Assembly (NCBI GenBank): GCA_964016885.1
Contig: OZ024748.1
Location: 3,038,001-3,102,000 of the forward strand
Source: Eledone cirrhosa
Lineage: Eukaryota
Reading direction: 5' to 3'
DNA: 64,000 nt
The position numbers and the translations under genes were made by a program. Below the pieces are notes generated by a model. That model had not been told where the DNA came from. It saw nothing but the letters and a program-made list of their open reading frames with translations, and searched no databases. Below, one piece after another: positions 42,958-55,919 of the stretch. Position 1 is the stretch's first letter. Each line of letters opens with the position of its first letter.

Positions 42958-43172
42958 GGTTTCTTATATAGGCACAAGGCCAATAATTTGGGGTGAGGGG
43001 GAAGTCACTTAAATCGACCCCAGTGCATGACTGGTACTTTATTTTATCGACCCCTTAAGGATGAAAGGCAAAGTTAACCTTGGTAGGATTTGAACTCAGA
43101 TCATAAAGGGCCGTAACTCTATGCTGCAAAGCATGGCGCCCGTCCTTCTGCCGATACTGCCAATCCACAGCC
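42958..43172 (-). mobile_element. tRNA-derived SINE, family 1
   Basis: Reverse complement of the same consensus. Diverged minus copies at ~37330-37410, 50545-50680 and 61500-61600. Confidence 0.85.
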
Positions 43173-43939
43173 CTTTGGATGGTATAAATACCACTCAAGA
43201 ATGTACTTCATTGCCCACTTATTCCTGAGAGGGCCGTGGAGGTAGAAACTTCAAACTCTCTTTCTAGCAGGTCCTGTCAGAATAATAATATATTTCTTCA
43301 TTGTACTGTGTCGTTTGCTTTGTTATTTCTGTTTGCCTTTTGAATAACGTAGACCAACTGGTTGACGAACGAGGCGGCAATACCATCAGCTTGATTCGGG
43401 AATCTCCGAGTACCTAGGAAGGTATATGTCAGTTTGCCATGTGTTTTACATTATATATATGTGTGTGTGTAAAGCCACAAGCATAACTTTATTAAATATT
43501 AATGAAGAAACCGGACATTACTTATTGCGTCTGAAAACGGGTTATGTATAATGCAAAGCAAAAAAAGAAAATTGTTTTTACAAGGGAGATAACTCAATAA
43601 AAGCAAAGAAATTCTGAGTTGTTTCCCTTCTAAATCTAGTAGTCAACACTTAACTAGGTTTTTCTCACTGTCTTGAGTAATAGCTAGAGAAATTATCATA
43701 ATAATCAGGGTCGACTCTACCATTAAAGTCAACTAGGCAGCCGTCTTTTGAAGGTAGCAACATTTAACGTTAAAGAAGCAGAGTTTCGTATAAAATATAT
43801 CATTTACTGCAATCAATATAAATTAATCATTTTTGCTGCAATGCAGTAGTGCAGATATTTTTGTTTCAGCCTTTAAGGGCTGTTTTTTTTAACCTCTTAA
43901 TAGTTACATTGTTTGAGACCTTAAGGGCTGTTTTTTTAC

Positions 43940-44465
43940 CCCTTAATAGTTACTTACATTAACCTGTTTTGCTCAAATGTTTCACACCATCCCATATTTT
44001 TAAATGCCAGATAGAATGATCCATTGCAAGATTTTCCATGTTTTGGGGATCAATTCCTACATTCTTCAAGTTCCCCTTCAATGTATCCTTGAACCTTTTC
44101 CTTCGCTTATTCTGTTTCATTTTTTCCTGAGTAAATTCCCTATAAAACAGTTTCTTAGGGATACACTCATCAACCACATGGATAATATGTCCAGACCATT
44201 GCAGTTGGGTTTTCAAAATTATTGCCCAGATGGAACAAATACCAGATACAGCTAAAACATTAGCGTCAGGAGTGAATGAATTCCATTTTATTTTCAGAAT
44301 ATGCCATAATCATTTCTGATGAGATCATTTTAAGTGTCTGAAGTGACGTTTGTAACAAGTCCAAGTTTCAGAAGAGTACAGAAGAGATAACACAAAGGAT
44401 ATATAAACAGACATTTTTGTTTCATTGCTGGTATCTTTGTGATCAAACCAGAAATTCTCAAATAC
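43940..44465 (-). mobile_element. RTE-clade LINE 3' fragment, degraded
   Basis: LLYSSETWTCY..HFRHL and QLQWSGHI..IPKKLFY..RKRFKDTLK.NLK, typical of the RTE C-terminus; frameshifts present. Confidence 0.8.
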
Positions 44466-44729
44466 CAAAGTGAAGGCGCATGGCTTAGTGGTTAGAGCAT
44501 TGGGCAATCGAAAGGTTGTGAGTTCAATTCTCGGATCGGGTGATGTGTTGTTTCCTTGAGCAAGACACTTTATTTCACATTGCTCCAGTTTACTCAGCTG
44601 TAGAAATGAGATGATATGACTGGGGTCCCTATCATTAAACCATCCAAGACACCTCCAATGAGATATACCTTGGAGGAGGCCAGCTAAACCTGCATAGGTG
44701 TGAGATGTCACACACAAAAGATTTCGCTG

Positions 44730-45053
44730 CCTAAAAGATATTTCTAAATCCTAAAAGATATTTCTGAATCCTAAAAGATATTTTTAAATCCTAAAATATA
44801 TTTCTGAATCCTAAAAGATATTTCTAAATCCTAAAAGATATTTCTAAATCCTAAAAGATATTTCTGAATCCTAAAAGATATTTCTAAATCCTAAAAGATA
44901 TTTCTGAACTCTAAAAGATATTTCTGAACTCTAAAAGATATTTCTGAACCCTAAAAGATATTTCTAAATCCTAAAAGATATTTTTACATCCTAAAAGATA
45001 TTTCTAAATCCTAAAAGATATTTCTACATCCTAAAAGGAATTTCTAAATCCTA
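44730..45053. repeat. 20-bp minisatellite, ~16 copies
   Basis: Unit CCTAAAAGATATTTCT(A/G)AAT, abutting the LINE RT fragment. Confidence 0.92.
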
Positions 45054-45830
45054 AATGATGGAATTTCCCATAAGGTTATCAAAAGATGCAATCTGGATGA
45101 CATAATACTGAATTTTGTAAATAGGCTCTTGCAAAACCAGTAAAGTCCTCATCAGTGGTCTGAGAATGATTTGATACCAATAACAAAGACAGAAAAGCTC
45201 AGCAATGAAACTAACTATGGAGGAATAGCACTGTCCATGCTCTCACTGAAGGTCATCAACAGGATTTAACCAGTACTCAATAGCCACCTGAGACCAAACT
45301 AAAACAGATTTAGACCTAAACAATCTCCAACATCAGTGATCTTAGCTCTGCAGTGCATCATAAAAGATGTTAAATCAAGACAACTTCCTGCCATCATCAC
45401 CTTCATGGACTTCAGTAAATCCTTTGGTAGCATTCATCGCGCCAAAATGATGAAGATTCTGCGAGCATATGGCATCCCTGAAGAACTAGTTCTCGCCATT
45501 GCAAAGACCTATAAAAGGACCAGTGTTCGTGTGTTGTTCCCTGATGGAGAAACAGAATTCTTCCAAATTGTGGCTGGGGTGCAACAAGGAGTCATTCTTG
45601 AACTTTACCCATTTGTCATTGTCTTGGATTAAGCAATGCATCAGACTATAGACAATAAGCAAGAAAGCCTTGGTTTCACTATTGACAGGCAAAGATCCTA
45701 TAAAGTACCAGCAGTAACCAATACAGACCTGGACTTTGCTGATGATATAGTGTTGTTGTCAGATGAAATCAATTCAACACAGGAACTGCTAAAAAGTGTA
45801 GAAACATCATCTGCTAAAATTGGACTGCAT
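45050..45830 (+). mobile_element. RTE/RTE-X LINE RT fragment, degraded
   Basis: ITFMDFSKSFGSIHR..ILRAYGIP, GVQQG..L..YPFVIVLD and TDLDFADDIVLLS, interrupted by stops. Confidence 0.85.
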
Positions 45831-46156
45831 ACTAATATCTTCTTCGCCCACTTAATCCTGGGAGGGTTGTGGAGGCAGAGTCCTCAGATACTCCTCTACA
45901 AATGCCAAGAAAACCAAATATATATTATGTTTTAAGTATAACTTGGTTATTCTCTCTCTATTTATAAATGTTGAGCTCTGCAGCCCATAGCCTAAAAGTT
46001 GCAACAGAATCTACAACGGCTGGGAAAATGCTCAGGCGATTTTCAATTACTGCTGGATCAAGGAAACTGGATAGCATAGAGCTTCCCTCATCTTTACCAG
46101 GATCTATATTGGAAAACCTCAATATAACCATACATATATACAGTATATATATTATA

Positions 46157-46356
46157 TATGAGGGTTCGCTGAAAGGTTCATAGGTTGACCAAGATACTCT
46201 CATGGAATGACCAAATGGGGTTTATTTTCAACATAGTCCCTGGAAAGATACAATGCAGTTAAAAATACAAAGAGTTGAAATTATTGCATGCAAGATTTCA
46301 CAGCTCTAGCATCATTCCTTCATAGTCAGCCTATGAACTATTCAACCTACCCTCAT
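46157..46356. mobile_element. Mariner-type MITE
   Basis: Imperfect TIRs ATGAGGGT..TGAAAGGTTCATAGGTTGAC / GTCAGCCTATGAACTATTCA..ACCCTCAT. Confidence 0.55.
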
Positions 46357-46494
46357 GTGGGTCAGCTGTCGAAGAAACAACACTACACGTTTGGTCAGTC
46401 CCCTGTATCATGAAAAGGAAAATCTTTTTGGGGAAAATTATTGGATTTTTCCAAATTTAAAGGTTTCTTAGAGACTTTCAATGTTTATTTTAGG

Positions 46495-46570
46495 TTTTGC
46501 CGTCTGAAGAGATCAGGCTATCCTAACTGATAATCCTCAGTGAAATATGTATAACAGAGTTTTAAATAAA
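46495..46570 (+). ncRNA. Degenerate hammerhead-like motif
   Basis: CTGAAGA(46504-10)..GAAATATGTATA(46542-53), followed by AATAAA; stems eroded. Confidence 0.4.
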
Positions 46571-46632
46571 TCTCAATCAACTGAATATGGCCTCCGATCT
46601 TTGATTTATATATATATATATATATATATATA

Positions 46633-46995
46633 CCATCATCATCAGGTCGAGCTTGCTCGGCTTTCTACGACACGTTTCCTCCATCCATCTCTGTCTCTCA
46701 TAGCGTTTGCCAGTTCTTCCGCAGTGCATCCAGTATCGTCCTCAAGTTGCTTGACGTATGTCTTCTTGGAACGACCAGCGTTTCTTGCTCCATGAGATGG
46801 ACTCCATAACAACACATCACCTGCTATTTCTTCCTTGCTGCGCCAACAGTGGCCAGCAAATCTGAGTCTCTGTCCACGTATTGACCTGCTGATAGGTGGT
46901 ATATTGCCATAGAGACCCTTATTTGTTGGGTGTTCCCTCCAAGAGACGTTTAAAGCAGCGCGGAGCATACGTGTGTATGCCCCGTCTAGCTTTAA
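46633..46995 (-). mobile_element. RTE/RTE-X LINE 3' end
   Basis: LDGAYTRMLRAALNVSW..RLRFAGHCWR..LLWSP..GR..TYV.QL..DTG..AMRDRDGWR, a stop, then a (GAT)n tail. Confidence 0.85.
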
Positions 46996-48222
46996 ACTAT
47001 GTATGTATATATATATAAAAAATATATATATATACATACATACATATGTGTATGTTTAGTAAATGGTGAGAATTTTCAAATTGAATTAGATTTCATCATA
47101 ACTTTGACAAGATAATATAGTCTGATAAAAACAGGGTATATAAAAACCCACTGAATGGAAAAAGATGGGCAACTTTTTCTGTTTTTATCTTATCAGACTA
47201 TTTTATTTAGTCAACGTTACAGTGAAATCTTCTAATTTAATTTTCATATATAGATATCAAGCAAACTTCAATACTCTCTTATATATATATTACCCACTCT
47301 ACTACCCTAAGTATTGAGTACTCTGGTGCGTTATGGTCCATCTGGTATCTTACCACACCTTTGTGTATATATGTATGTAAAAGGTAAACAGAAATAACAA
47401 CACAATCGGTACATATATTCTCATATATATATATATATATATATATTCTCATATATACAACATGACCCTCCCAAAGTATAACAATATATATATATTCTCA
47501 TACATATATATATATATATATATATTCTCATACATATATATATATATATATTCTCATACATTCCGTAAATATAAAAAAAAAAAAGATAAAACCAAAATTA
47601 AGTAATGAAAAAAGGTGGTGAGGTAAAGATGGGTAGATCTGGGTGTAATGGAAAATAGAGGAAAGGACTGCATGAACTTCGTCTTTTAATAATTTAATGT
47701 GATTTTATTGACAATTGTATAAATAATATTACAAACTAAACAAATTTAAAAATACAAACAGGTAATACACACATCTTGGACTACATATAGCAAAAGGGGT
47801 GGACAAACGAAGCGCTTCCATGACAAAAGTTAACGATATCGCGAGGAGCACAGGAACTTCTCTAATAATTTTTTAGGCAAGCCAGCATGGCTCGCAGCGT
47901 TACCTATATGAACTGTTACCGAAAGGTAGGGAGTAGGGAGATGTGTTTGTTTGGAGTGATTTCTAAGCATCTATGATTTCTTTCACGCCATCAACACTAG
48001 TAGTTTACTTACCAAAACTTATAGAGCTTGTTTTATTAGCAAATGGATGGGTTTTAAACACATACATAACATATAGACCAGCGTACGGTAACTGAAAGAA
48101 TAGACGAGGTATGTACACAAATAATTATGTTATTTCTAAATAGATTTTATAATATATGATGTTACATTTTAATACGCGAAATGAGATTCATTTCCACATA
48201 AGATAAGATAGTTATATAATCT

Positions 48223-48276
<54 letters not shown>

Positions 48277-48577
48277 CTTGACCGACCAGTCTGTCGGGCG
48301 GCATTCGGCGCGCCGCTGATCACAGCACTTGCTGTTTTAGCCATACGATGACGCCATCCCACTGGCTGGGCGGGCAGGCCGATATATATATATATCAGAT
48401 AGGGTGTGGTTAAAACCAGATAGACCATAACCCAGAGTACTCGATACTTGAGGTTGTAGCGTGAGTAATATGAAAAGATTCAGGACCCCGGCGGTTGAGC
48501 TCTGGCCGTTTCGACAGCTAGATCCGAAATATTAATATTACCCACTCTACTACCCCGTCGGGGTCCTGAACCTTTTC

Positions 48578-48609
<32 letters not shown>

Positions 48610-48858
48610 GTTCAAGTAAGCATTACACGGATCCGAATATATCATTCATTCATTCAAACGTCGAGAAAGGCAATCAAGTATCTTCTTTACTGCTATAAAC
48701 AAACTATATTTATGTCTTCATTCCGATGGATCTGACATGTGGTTGATGCTTGATGATGGAGGTCGTTGTGATCTATTATCTGAAATAGTTAATAACTGGA
48801 AAGAAGAAAAAGAGAGGAGAGGATGATGCAGGTTCAATGACCGATTTGTTGTCATTAA

Positions 48859-48867
48859 ACGGAAGTG
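48859..48867 (+). promoter_or_regulatory. ETS/GABP-like site in the probable TMPPE promoter
   Basis: ACGGAAGTG about 140 bp upstream of the ATG, in non-repetitive sequence. Confidence 0.35.
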
Positions 48868-49006
48868 CTCTCATGTTGGTCAATACTATTTCAAGGGAAA
48901 TAAGCAACACAGATACATAGAAATCACGGTATCCAGTTTGAGAACCAGACTCTCACGCACACACATATACAGTATATACTTATTTTATGCTGCCATTCAC
49001 TTTAAA

Positions 49007-49778
49007 ATGGTGGCTTTCAGCGTGTATGTTTCTGCCTGGGCGGTTGTTATTCTTGCTGTTATGCTCGGTGAGTTGTATGTATTTACTCTGGATAAAGAAG
49101 TCAGAGCACGCAACCTCCGAGCTCAGTTTCTATGTTTGCTAGAATGTGTTATTCTAATTATGTCCGTCATTATATGGAGAACGTTTGGAAGTCGCCGGTC
49201 AGTGCGACCCGAAAGCAATTATGTCGGTGTTACATCTGATTCTAAAGATGTTGGCCAGCTCCAACGAAGGCGTCGAGATCAAAACATTCGTGCTAAGATA
49301 GAAAATGAAAACACCTACCTGTCACTGGCTCTACGAATTTTATTGTTACTTTATTTAATAAGCTGTCATCTAGCTTTCGTCTGCAACATTTTTCTCATGT
49401 CCGAAAACCCTCATTGGTTATCTATGCTTACTTACGCTACTTTCGGTTCGCTTATTCAATTAGTTACATCACTCATTGTTATAGAAGCTATCCATTATCT
49501 TTTAAAATTATTCTCGAAAAAGAAAAAGCTGTTTATTATTAGCAGTCGTCGTTGGCGTCATCTAATTGTGGTAACATATACTGTTATAATATCTCTCATT
49601 GGACTTTACCGTGCCGCACAATTACCCACTGTTAAATCTGTGAATATACCTATTTCGAAACTGCCGAAATCATTGGAAGGATTCCGCATTGTTCAATTAA
49701 CAGACATCCATTTGGGGCCAACAGTTGGTAGACGTAGATTGGAAGATGTTGTCAAAATAGTTAATAATTTAAAACCAG
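49007..49778 (+). CDS. TMPPE: Exon 1 of a transmembrane protein with a calcineurin-like metallophosphoesterase domain (TMPPE-like)
   Basis: ATG at 49007 (AAAATGG). Several hydrophobic TM-like segments, then V.IPI.KLP.SLEGFRIVQLTDIHLGPTVGR (metallophosphoesterase DxH motif). Ends at CAG|GTAAGA donor, phase 1. Confidence 0.9.
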
Positions 49779-51273
49779 GTAAGAACATTTTTTTTTTAAA
49801 TATGTGTTTTCATTATATCATTTAAATGGTTGGTGATGATGATCGCAAGAAAGGTGGCATTGTCTAAAATTTCTTCTGCTGCTTTATATATATATATATG
49901 TATATATGTATATATATGTATATATTTGTATATGTATTTATGTATATATTTGTATATGTATATACATATATGTGTATGTATGTATATATATGTATATATA
50001 TATATGTATATATATATATATGTTTATATATGTATGTATATATATATATGTTTATATATGTATGTATATATATATATGTATATATATATATATGTTTATA
50101 TATGTATGTATATATATATATGTTTATATATGTATGTATTTATATATGTATGTATATATATATGTGTGTATGTATATATATATATGTGTATGTATATATG
50201 TGTGTATGTATATATATATATGTGTGTATGTATATATATGTGTATGTATATATATATATATATGTGTATGTATGTATATATATATGTGTGTATGTATATG
50301 TGTATATGTATATATATGTATGTGCGTGTGTGTATGTGTATGTGTGTATATGTATATATATATATATATATGTGTGTGTGTATGTATATATATATGTGTG
50401 TGTGTATGTATATATATATGTGTGTGTGTATGTGTGTGTGTGTATATATATATATATATGTGTGTGTGTATGTATATATGTGTGTGTATATATATATGTG
50501 TGTGTATATATGTATATACATACATATATATCGCTTTCTTTTGGTTAGGCACGAGGCCAAATCTTTGCAAGGGTGGTAATATATAATGTATTGAATTTCT
50601 TCAATATATTCCATGTTCTTATTTTATCGATCAGTGGACGAGGAAGCTAAGTCGGTGTCCGGTGTCTTTAAATTCAGAACAGACAATGCCAAACATTTTT
50701 TATCTAATTCCCTACCTCCACTATCTCCACGTCACTAATTATTTCTACTAACAACTAACGTTAACTACGTTAAGGTTGGTGATTTTAGTTTAATAATTGA
50801 TGTTATTAACCTAAGTGTGTTTTCTATTAAAAGATATACGATGAAAGATGCGAGGGTGTTCATATTTCAGTGAGTGTTCGATAATAAATCGATGTAACCC
50901 GCATTGTACTGTAGTGCGTTTATTTAGTTATTGGCGGGAGGCAGCAGTGATTCTGTGATTTTAAAAAGAATGTAGTATGGATTAGATGATCAGATCAGAC
51001 ATGGATAACATTTTCGAGCAGTCGGCCATATAAGATGTGACTCATCATAAGGTGAGCCGCACCATTTGAAGGCAATTTTGTAATTTGGCGTGCCATTCAG
51101 AAAGCCAAAGAGCCTACAGTTTACCCATGACTGGATTAAATGTTAGTGGTCACTGGCAGCTCGCCTTACTGATGTGTCAGGTGATGCCATTGAGGGTGCC
51201 TTAGCCTCGCCATCACCCGTGGTAATGCCGTGAGCGTGTTGGCTTGCCTTGAAAGTGTTCAATTAACCACAAA

Positions 51274-52866
51274 GTGTGAGGTGTTGCAGATTGTCACACT
51301 TGGTGGTGTACAGTTAACAACCAAGGTGTCAGGTGTTGCAGATTGTCACACTTGGTGGTGTACAGTTAACAACCAAGGTGTCAGGTGTTGCAGATTGTCA
51401 CACTTGGTGGTGTACAGTTAACAACCAAGGTGTCGGGTGTTGCAGATTGTCACACTTGGTGGTGTACAGTTAACAACCAAGGTGTCAGGTGTTGCAGATT
51501 GTCACACTTGGTGGTGTACAGTTAACAACCAAGGTGTCAGGTGTTGCAGATTGTCACACTTGGTGGTGTACAGTTAACAACCAAGGTGTCAGGTGTTGCA
51601 GATTGTCACACTTGGTGGTGTACAGTTAACAACCAAGGTGTGAGGTGTTGCAGATTGTCACACTTGGTGGTGTACAGTTAACAACCAAGGTGTCAGGTGT
51701 TGCAGATTGTCACACTTGGTGGTGTACAGTTAACAACCAAGGTGTGAGGTGTTGCAGATTGTCACACTTGGTGGTGTACAGTTAACAACCAAGGTGTGAG
51801 GTGTTGCAGATTATCACACTTGGTGGTGTACAGTTAACAACCAAGGTGTGAGGTGTTGCAGATTGTCACACTTGGTGGTGTACAGTTAACAACCAAGGTG
51901 TCAGGTGTTGCAGATTGTCACACTTGGTGGTGTACAGTTAACAACCAAGGTGTCAGGTGTTGCAGATTGTCACACTTGGTGGTGTACAGTTAACAACCAA
52001 GGTGTCAGGTGTTGCAGATTGTCACACTTGGTGGTGTACATTTAACAACCAAGGTGTGAGGTGTTGCAGATTGTCACACTTGGTGGTGTACAGTTAACAA
52101 CCAAGGTGTCAGGTGTTGCAGATTGTCACACTTGGTGGTGTACAGTTAACAACCAAGGTGTCAGGTGTTGCAGATTGTCACACTTGGTGGTGTACAGTTA
52201 ACAACCAAGGTGTGAGGTGTTGCAGATTGTCACACTTGGTGGTGTACAGTTAACAACCAAGGTGTCAGGTGTTGCAGATTGTCACACTTGGTGGTGTACA
52301 GTTAACAACCAAGGTGTCAGGTGTTGCAGATTGTCACACTTGGTGGTGTACAGTTAACAACCAAGGTGTCAGGTGTTGCAGATTGTCACACTTGGTGGTG
52401 TACAGTTAACAACCAAGGTGTCAGGTGTTGCAGATTGTCACACTTGGTGGTGTACAGTTAACAACCAAGGTGTCAGGTGTTGCAGATTGTCACACTTGGT
52501 GGTGTACAGTTAACAACCAAGGTGTCAGGTGTTGCAGATTGTCACACTTGGTGGTGTACAGTTAACAACCAAGGTGTCAGGTGTTGCAGATTGTCACACC
52601 TGGTGGTGTACAGTTAACAACCAAGGTGTGAGGTGTTGCAGATTGTCACACTTGGTGGTGTACAGTTAACAACCAAGGTGTCAGGTGTTGCAGATTGTCA
52701 CACCTGGTGGTGTACAGTTAACAACCAAGGTGTCAGGTGTTGCAGATTGTCACACCTGGTGGTGTACAGTTAACAACCAAGGTGTCAGGTGTTGCAGATT
52801 ATCACACTTGGTGGTGTACAGTTAACCCCTAAGGTGTGAGGTGTTGTAGATTGTCACACCTGGTGG
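51274..52866. repeat. 52-bp minisatellite, ~30 copies
   Basis: Unit AGGTGTTGCAGATTGTCACACTTGGTGGTGTACAGTTAACAACCAAGGTGT(C/G); highly homogeneous. Confidence 0.97.
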
Positions 52867-53878
52867 TAAGTTGCCCCATCCCCCTTTTTTTCTTTTTCTT
52901 CTTCTTTCTTGCCTTTATCATTTTTGTTCATGAAATTATATATTTATAACATATTTACAACGTTATTCTCCTGTAAATTTATACAATATTAAATTATAAT
53001 GTTAGTGTAACTTAGGGATGTTGTTTCGTTGATGTCGCCGATCGTTCTTGAGGAAAGACTGACTCGGTTATTAATTGCTGGGTTCTACCAGGTACATGTT
53101 TAATCTTAAATAGTTGGGCTTCATATGTGGGATTAGGAGAATAAGATTAAATGTGTACCTGGTAGAACTCTGCGATTAATAGTGAGGCACAATGTTTCTC
53201 CGGGAAAGATAGCGAACATCTACAAGTTATTTTTGCTTATTTTGCAAGATTCAAACTAAATCGATAGTAATATATCTTCTTTTCAAAATCTTACGGAATT
53301 TCTCAGAGATTCGTGTTTTAAACCAACCACCTTGTTGTCCAAGAGGTATTGGAGAGATCTTGAAGTAAAATGTATCATTTTTTATTTTCGCAAATGGTTG
53401 AGAATTTTAAACAAACGAAGACAAAATTGTTCACGTTTGGCGAAGAGAATTTTTTGGACAAACAACTACTTGACTACCCCGACTGTGTTAGAAGAGTAAA
53501 CCCACGAATAAATAAATTACAGAATATAAACTGCGTAGATATAAAATAATGAAAGTGCGCGGGAAAACCGAAATTCTAAAATTACTGAGTGGGAAATACC
53601 AACAGCTATAAATTGTTTGGGGAAAATACGTCAAACCAAAACTAAATGAGGTAAAGCTATTATTATACCTGGAGATCGGTGAGATATTAGTTCATAATAT
53701 TATATAATGATTTAGCGGAAGATATCTTTAAGATCGATGTAAAAAAAAAAAAATTAACGAGTTAGTCCCTTTAAATGTTTATAATATATTTATTTATTAA
53801 TTGCAGAACAGATCGTTGTAAAAAGGTATTGCAGCATTATGATAATGATTTTAATTATTAATGTGAATCATAGTGCTG

Positions 53879-53926
<48 letters not shown>

Positions 53927-54442
53927 TATATATATAATATATAGCCAACTAAAAAGGTATATGTATTTACAGAGTGAGAAAGAGCCATATATCGCACAAG
54001 AAACACGCTAATATACCAAATACATATTCTATAGAAGAATATGTGGCCCTTTTTCTCTATATACATATTTCTCTTTATTTGGTTATATATATATAAGGAA
54101 AAGAAATTGAAAATGCAACTGGCGTCTTTTTTTGTATGTTACTGTTTTTATTTACTTTTCGAGACTATCTAGCTAATGTGGTTTCATGTGGTACAGGACG
54201 TTAGCAGTTAATAGGAAGATTGAGAATTGGGTGTTGCTCTTGTGTTTGTGTACAGTATTGCTCCTATACATATATGTGTGTATACAGTATATATGTATAG
54301 TAATAATAATAAATTTGAGAACTAAACTTTAATGTTATTTTAATAAATATAAATATATATATATAAAAAATATATAAATATATATATATAAAAAATATAT
54401 ATAAATATATATATATAAAATATATTTATATATATATATATT

Positions 54443-54475
<33 letters not shown>

Positions 54476-54512
54476 ATTTATATATATATATATTTATATA
54501 TATATAAAATAA

Positions 54513-54600
<88 letters not shown>

Positions 54601-54628
54601 AATATATATATATATATATATATATAAA

Positions 54629-54674
<46 letters not shown>

Positions 54675-54698
54675 AATATATATATATATATATATAAA

Positions 54699-54781
<83 letters not shown>

Positions 54782-54877
54782 AATATATATATATATATAT
54801 ATAAAATAAATATATATATATATAAATATATTAAAATATAAGTATTAATAAAATAGATGTTCTTTTGATCAATTACA

Positions 54878-54930
54878 TTTTATTATACATATTTCGGATG
54901 TACAACAGTACGTCCTCATCAGACAAATTA
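54878..54930 (-). ncRNA. Minimal hammerhead-like motif
   Basis: Minus strand: TTTGT-CTGATGA-GGACGTAC-TGTT-GTACATCC-GAAATATGTATA-ATAAA. Confidence 0.6.
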
Positions 54931-55400
54931 TAATGATACATGACATATCCTGAGATGTTAAATGGTTAAGATTTATTTTACCGTTGACTGCTTCCAATCT
55001 ACTGTAAAACTCATTCTTTGACATAATCATTGAATATTGTTTAACACTTTAATATATATATATAAAATAAATATATATATATATATAAAATAAATATATA
55101 TAAAATAAATATATATATATATAATAAATATATATATAAAATAAATATATATATAAAATAAATATATATATATCAAATAAATATATATAAATATATATAT
55201 ATAAAATAAATATATATAATATATATATATAAAATAAATATATATAAATATATATATATATAACCAAAGATTAATATGATTCATTGATTACTCAATGAAT
55301 ATAGTTTTACAATAGATTAAAAGCACTCTACAAAGAAGTTTTCTGGAGTTAGTAATATTATTGAAAATATTAATAAATGAATACGTTCACATAATCAAAA

Positions 55401-55557
55401 TATGTTTCATTATATATATTTGGGAGGTACTGTGCTGTTTTTTCAGTACGTCCTCATCAGATGAAATATATAAATTGATGCATGACACACCTCAACTGTC
55501 TTGATGGTTCAATTCCAGTCTTGGCAGTGGAATTGAACCATCAAGACAGTTGAGGTG
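55401..55557 (-). mobile_element. Penelope-like fragment: mutated hammerhead plus 5' fold-back
   Basis: Minus strand: TTTCAT-CTGATGA-GGACGTACTG..CAGTACCTCC-CAAA(for GAAA)TATATATA-ATGAAA. A perfect inverted repeat with 30-bp arms (55488-55517/55528-55557) sits at the 5' truncation. Confidence 0.55.
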
Positions 55558-55919
55558 GTAGAGCACTTGTGTTATCAATCAATATATTGATAGTGTTGGT
55601 AGATATTACGTTTAGTCTTCATTGATGAGATAATATAATTAAATTCTGTATAATTTCACCTCCATCACTGCCAGGTGAACCCTGTTTGGAGTAGATCTAT
55701 GATTAAAGGCTTCCCAAACATGGCCACCCTTTCTTATTTTAAAGTATTATCGAAGACGACATTATCAAACATGTTTTTCTCCTTTTGGGTGTGATTTCTA
55801 ATAGATTTGGCTGTTATTTCTAGCACGACGAGCAGTGGTGGTTCTAATAGTTTAATAGAACCTTTAAAGAATATAGAACGTATTGCTCTGGCTTGTTAGG
55901 GTGTCAGGCTTGTTTGTTA

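Noticed and set aside
48938-49825. ORF-track limits for the TMPPE ORF
   Set aside because: The TTG start and read-through past the 49778 donor are artefacts of prokaryote-style calling; ATG 49007 plus splicing fits better.
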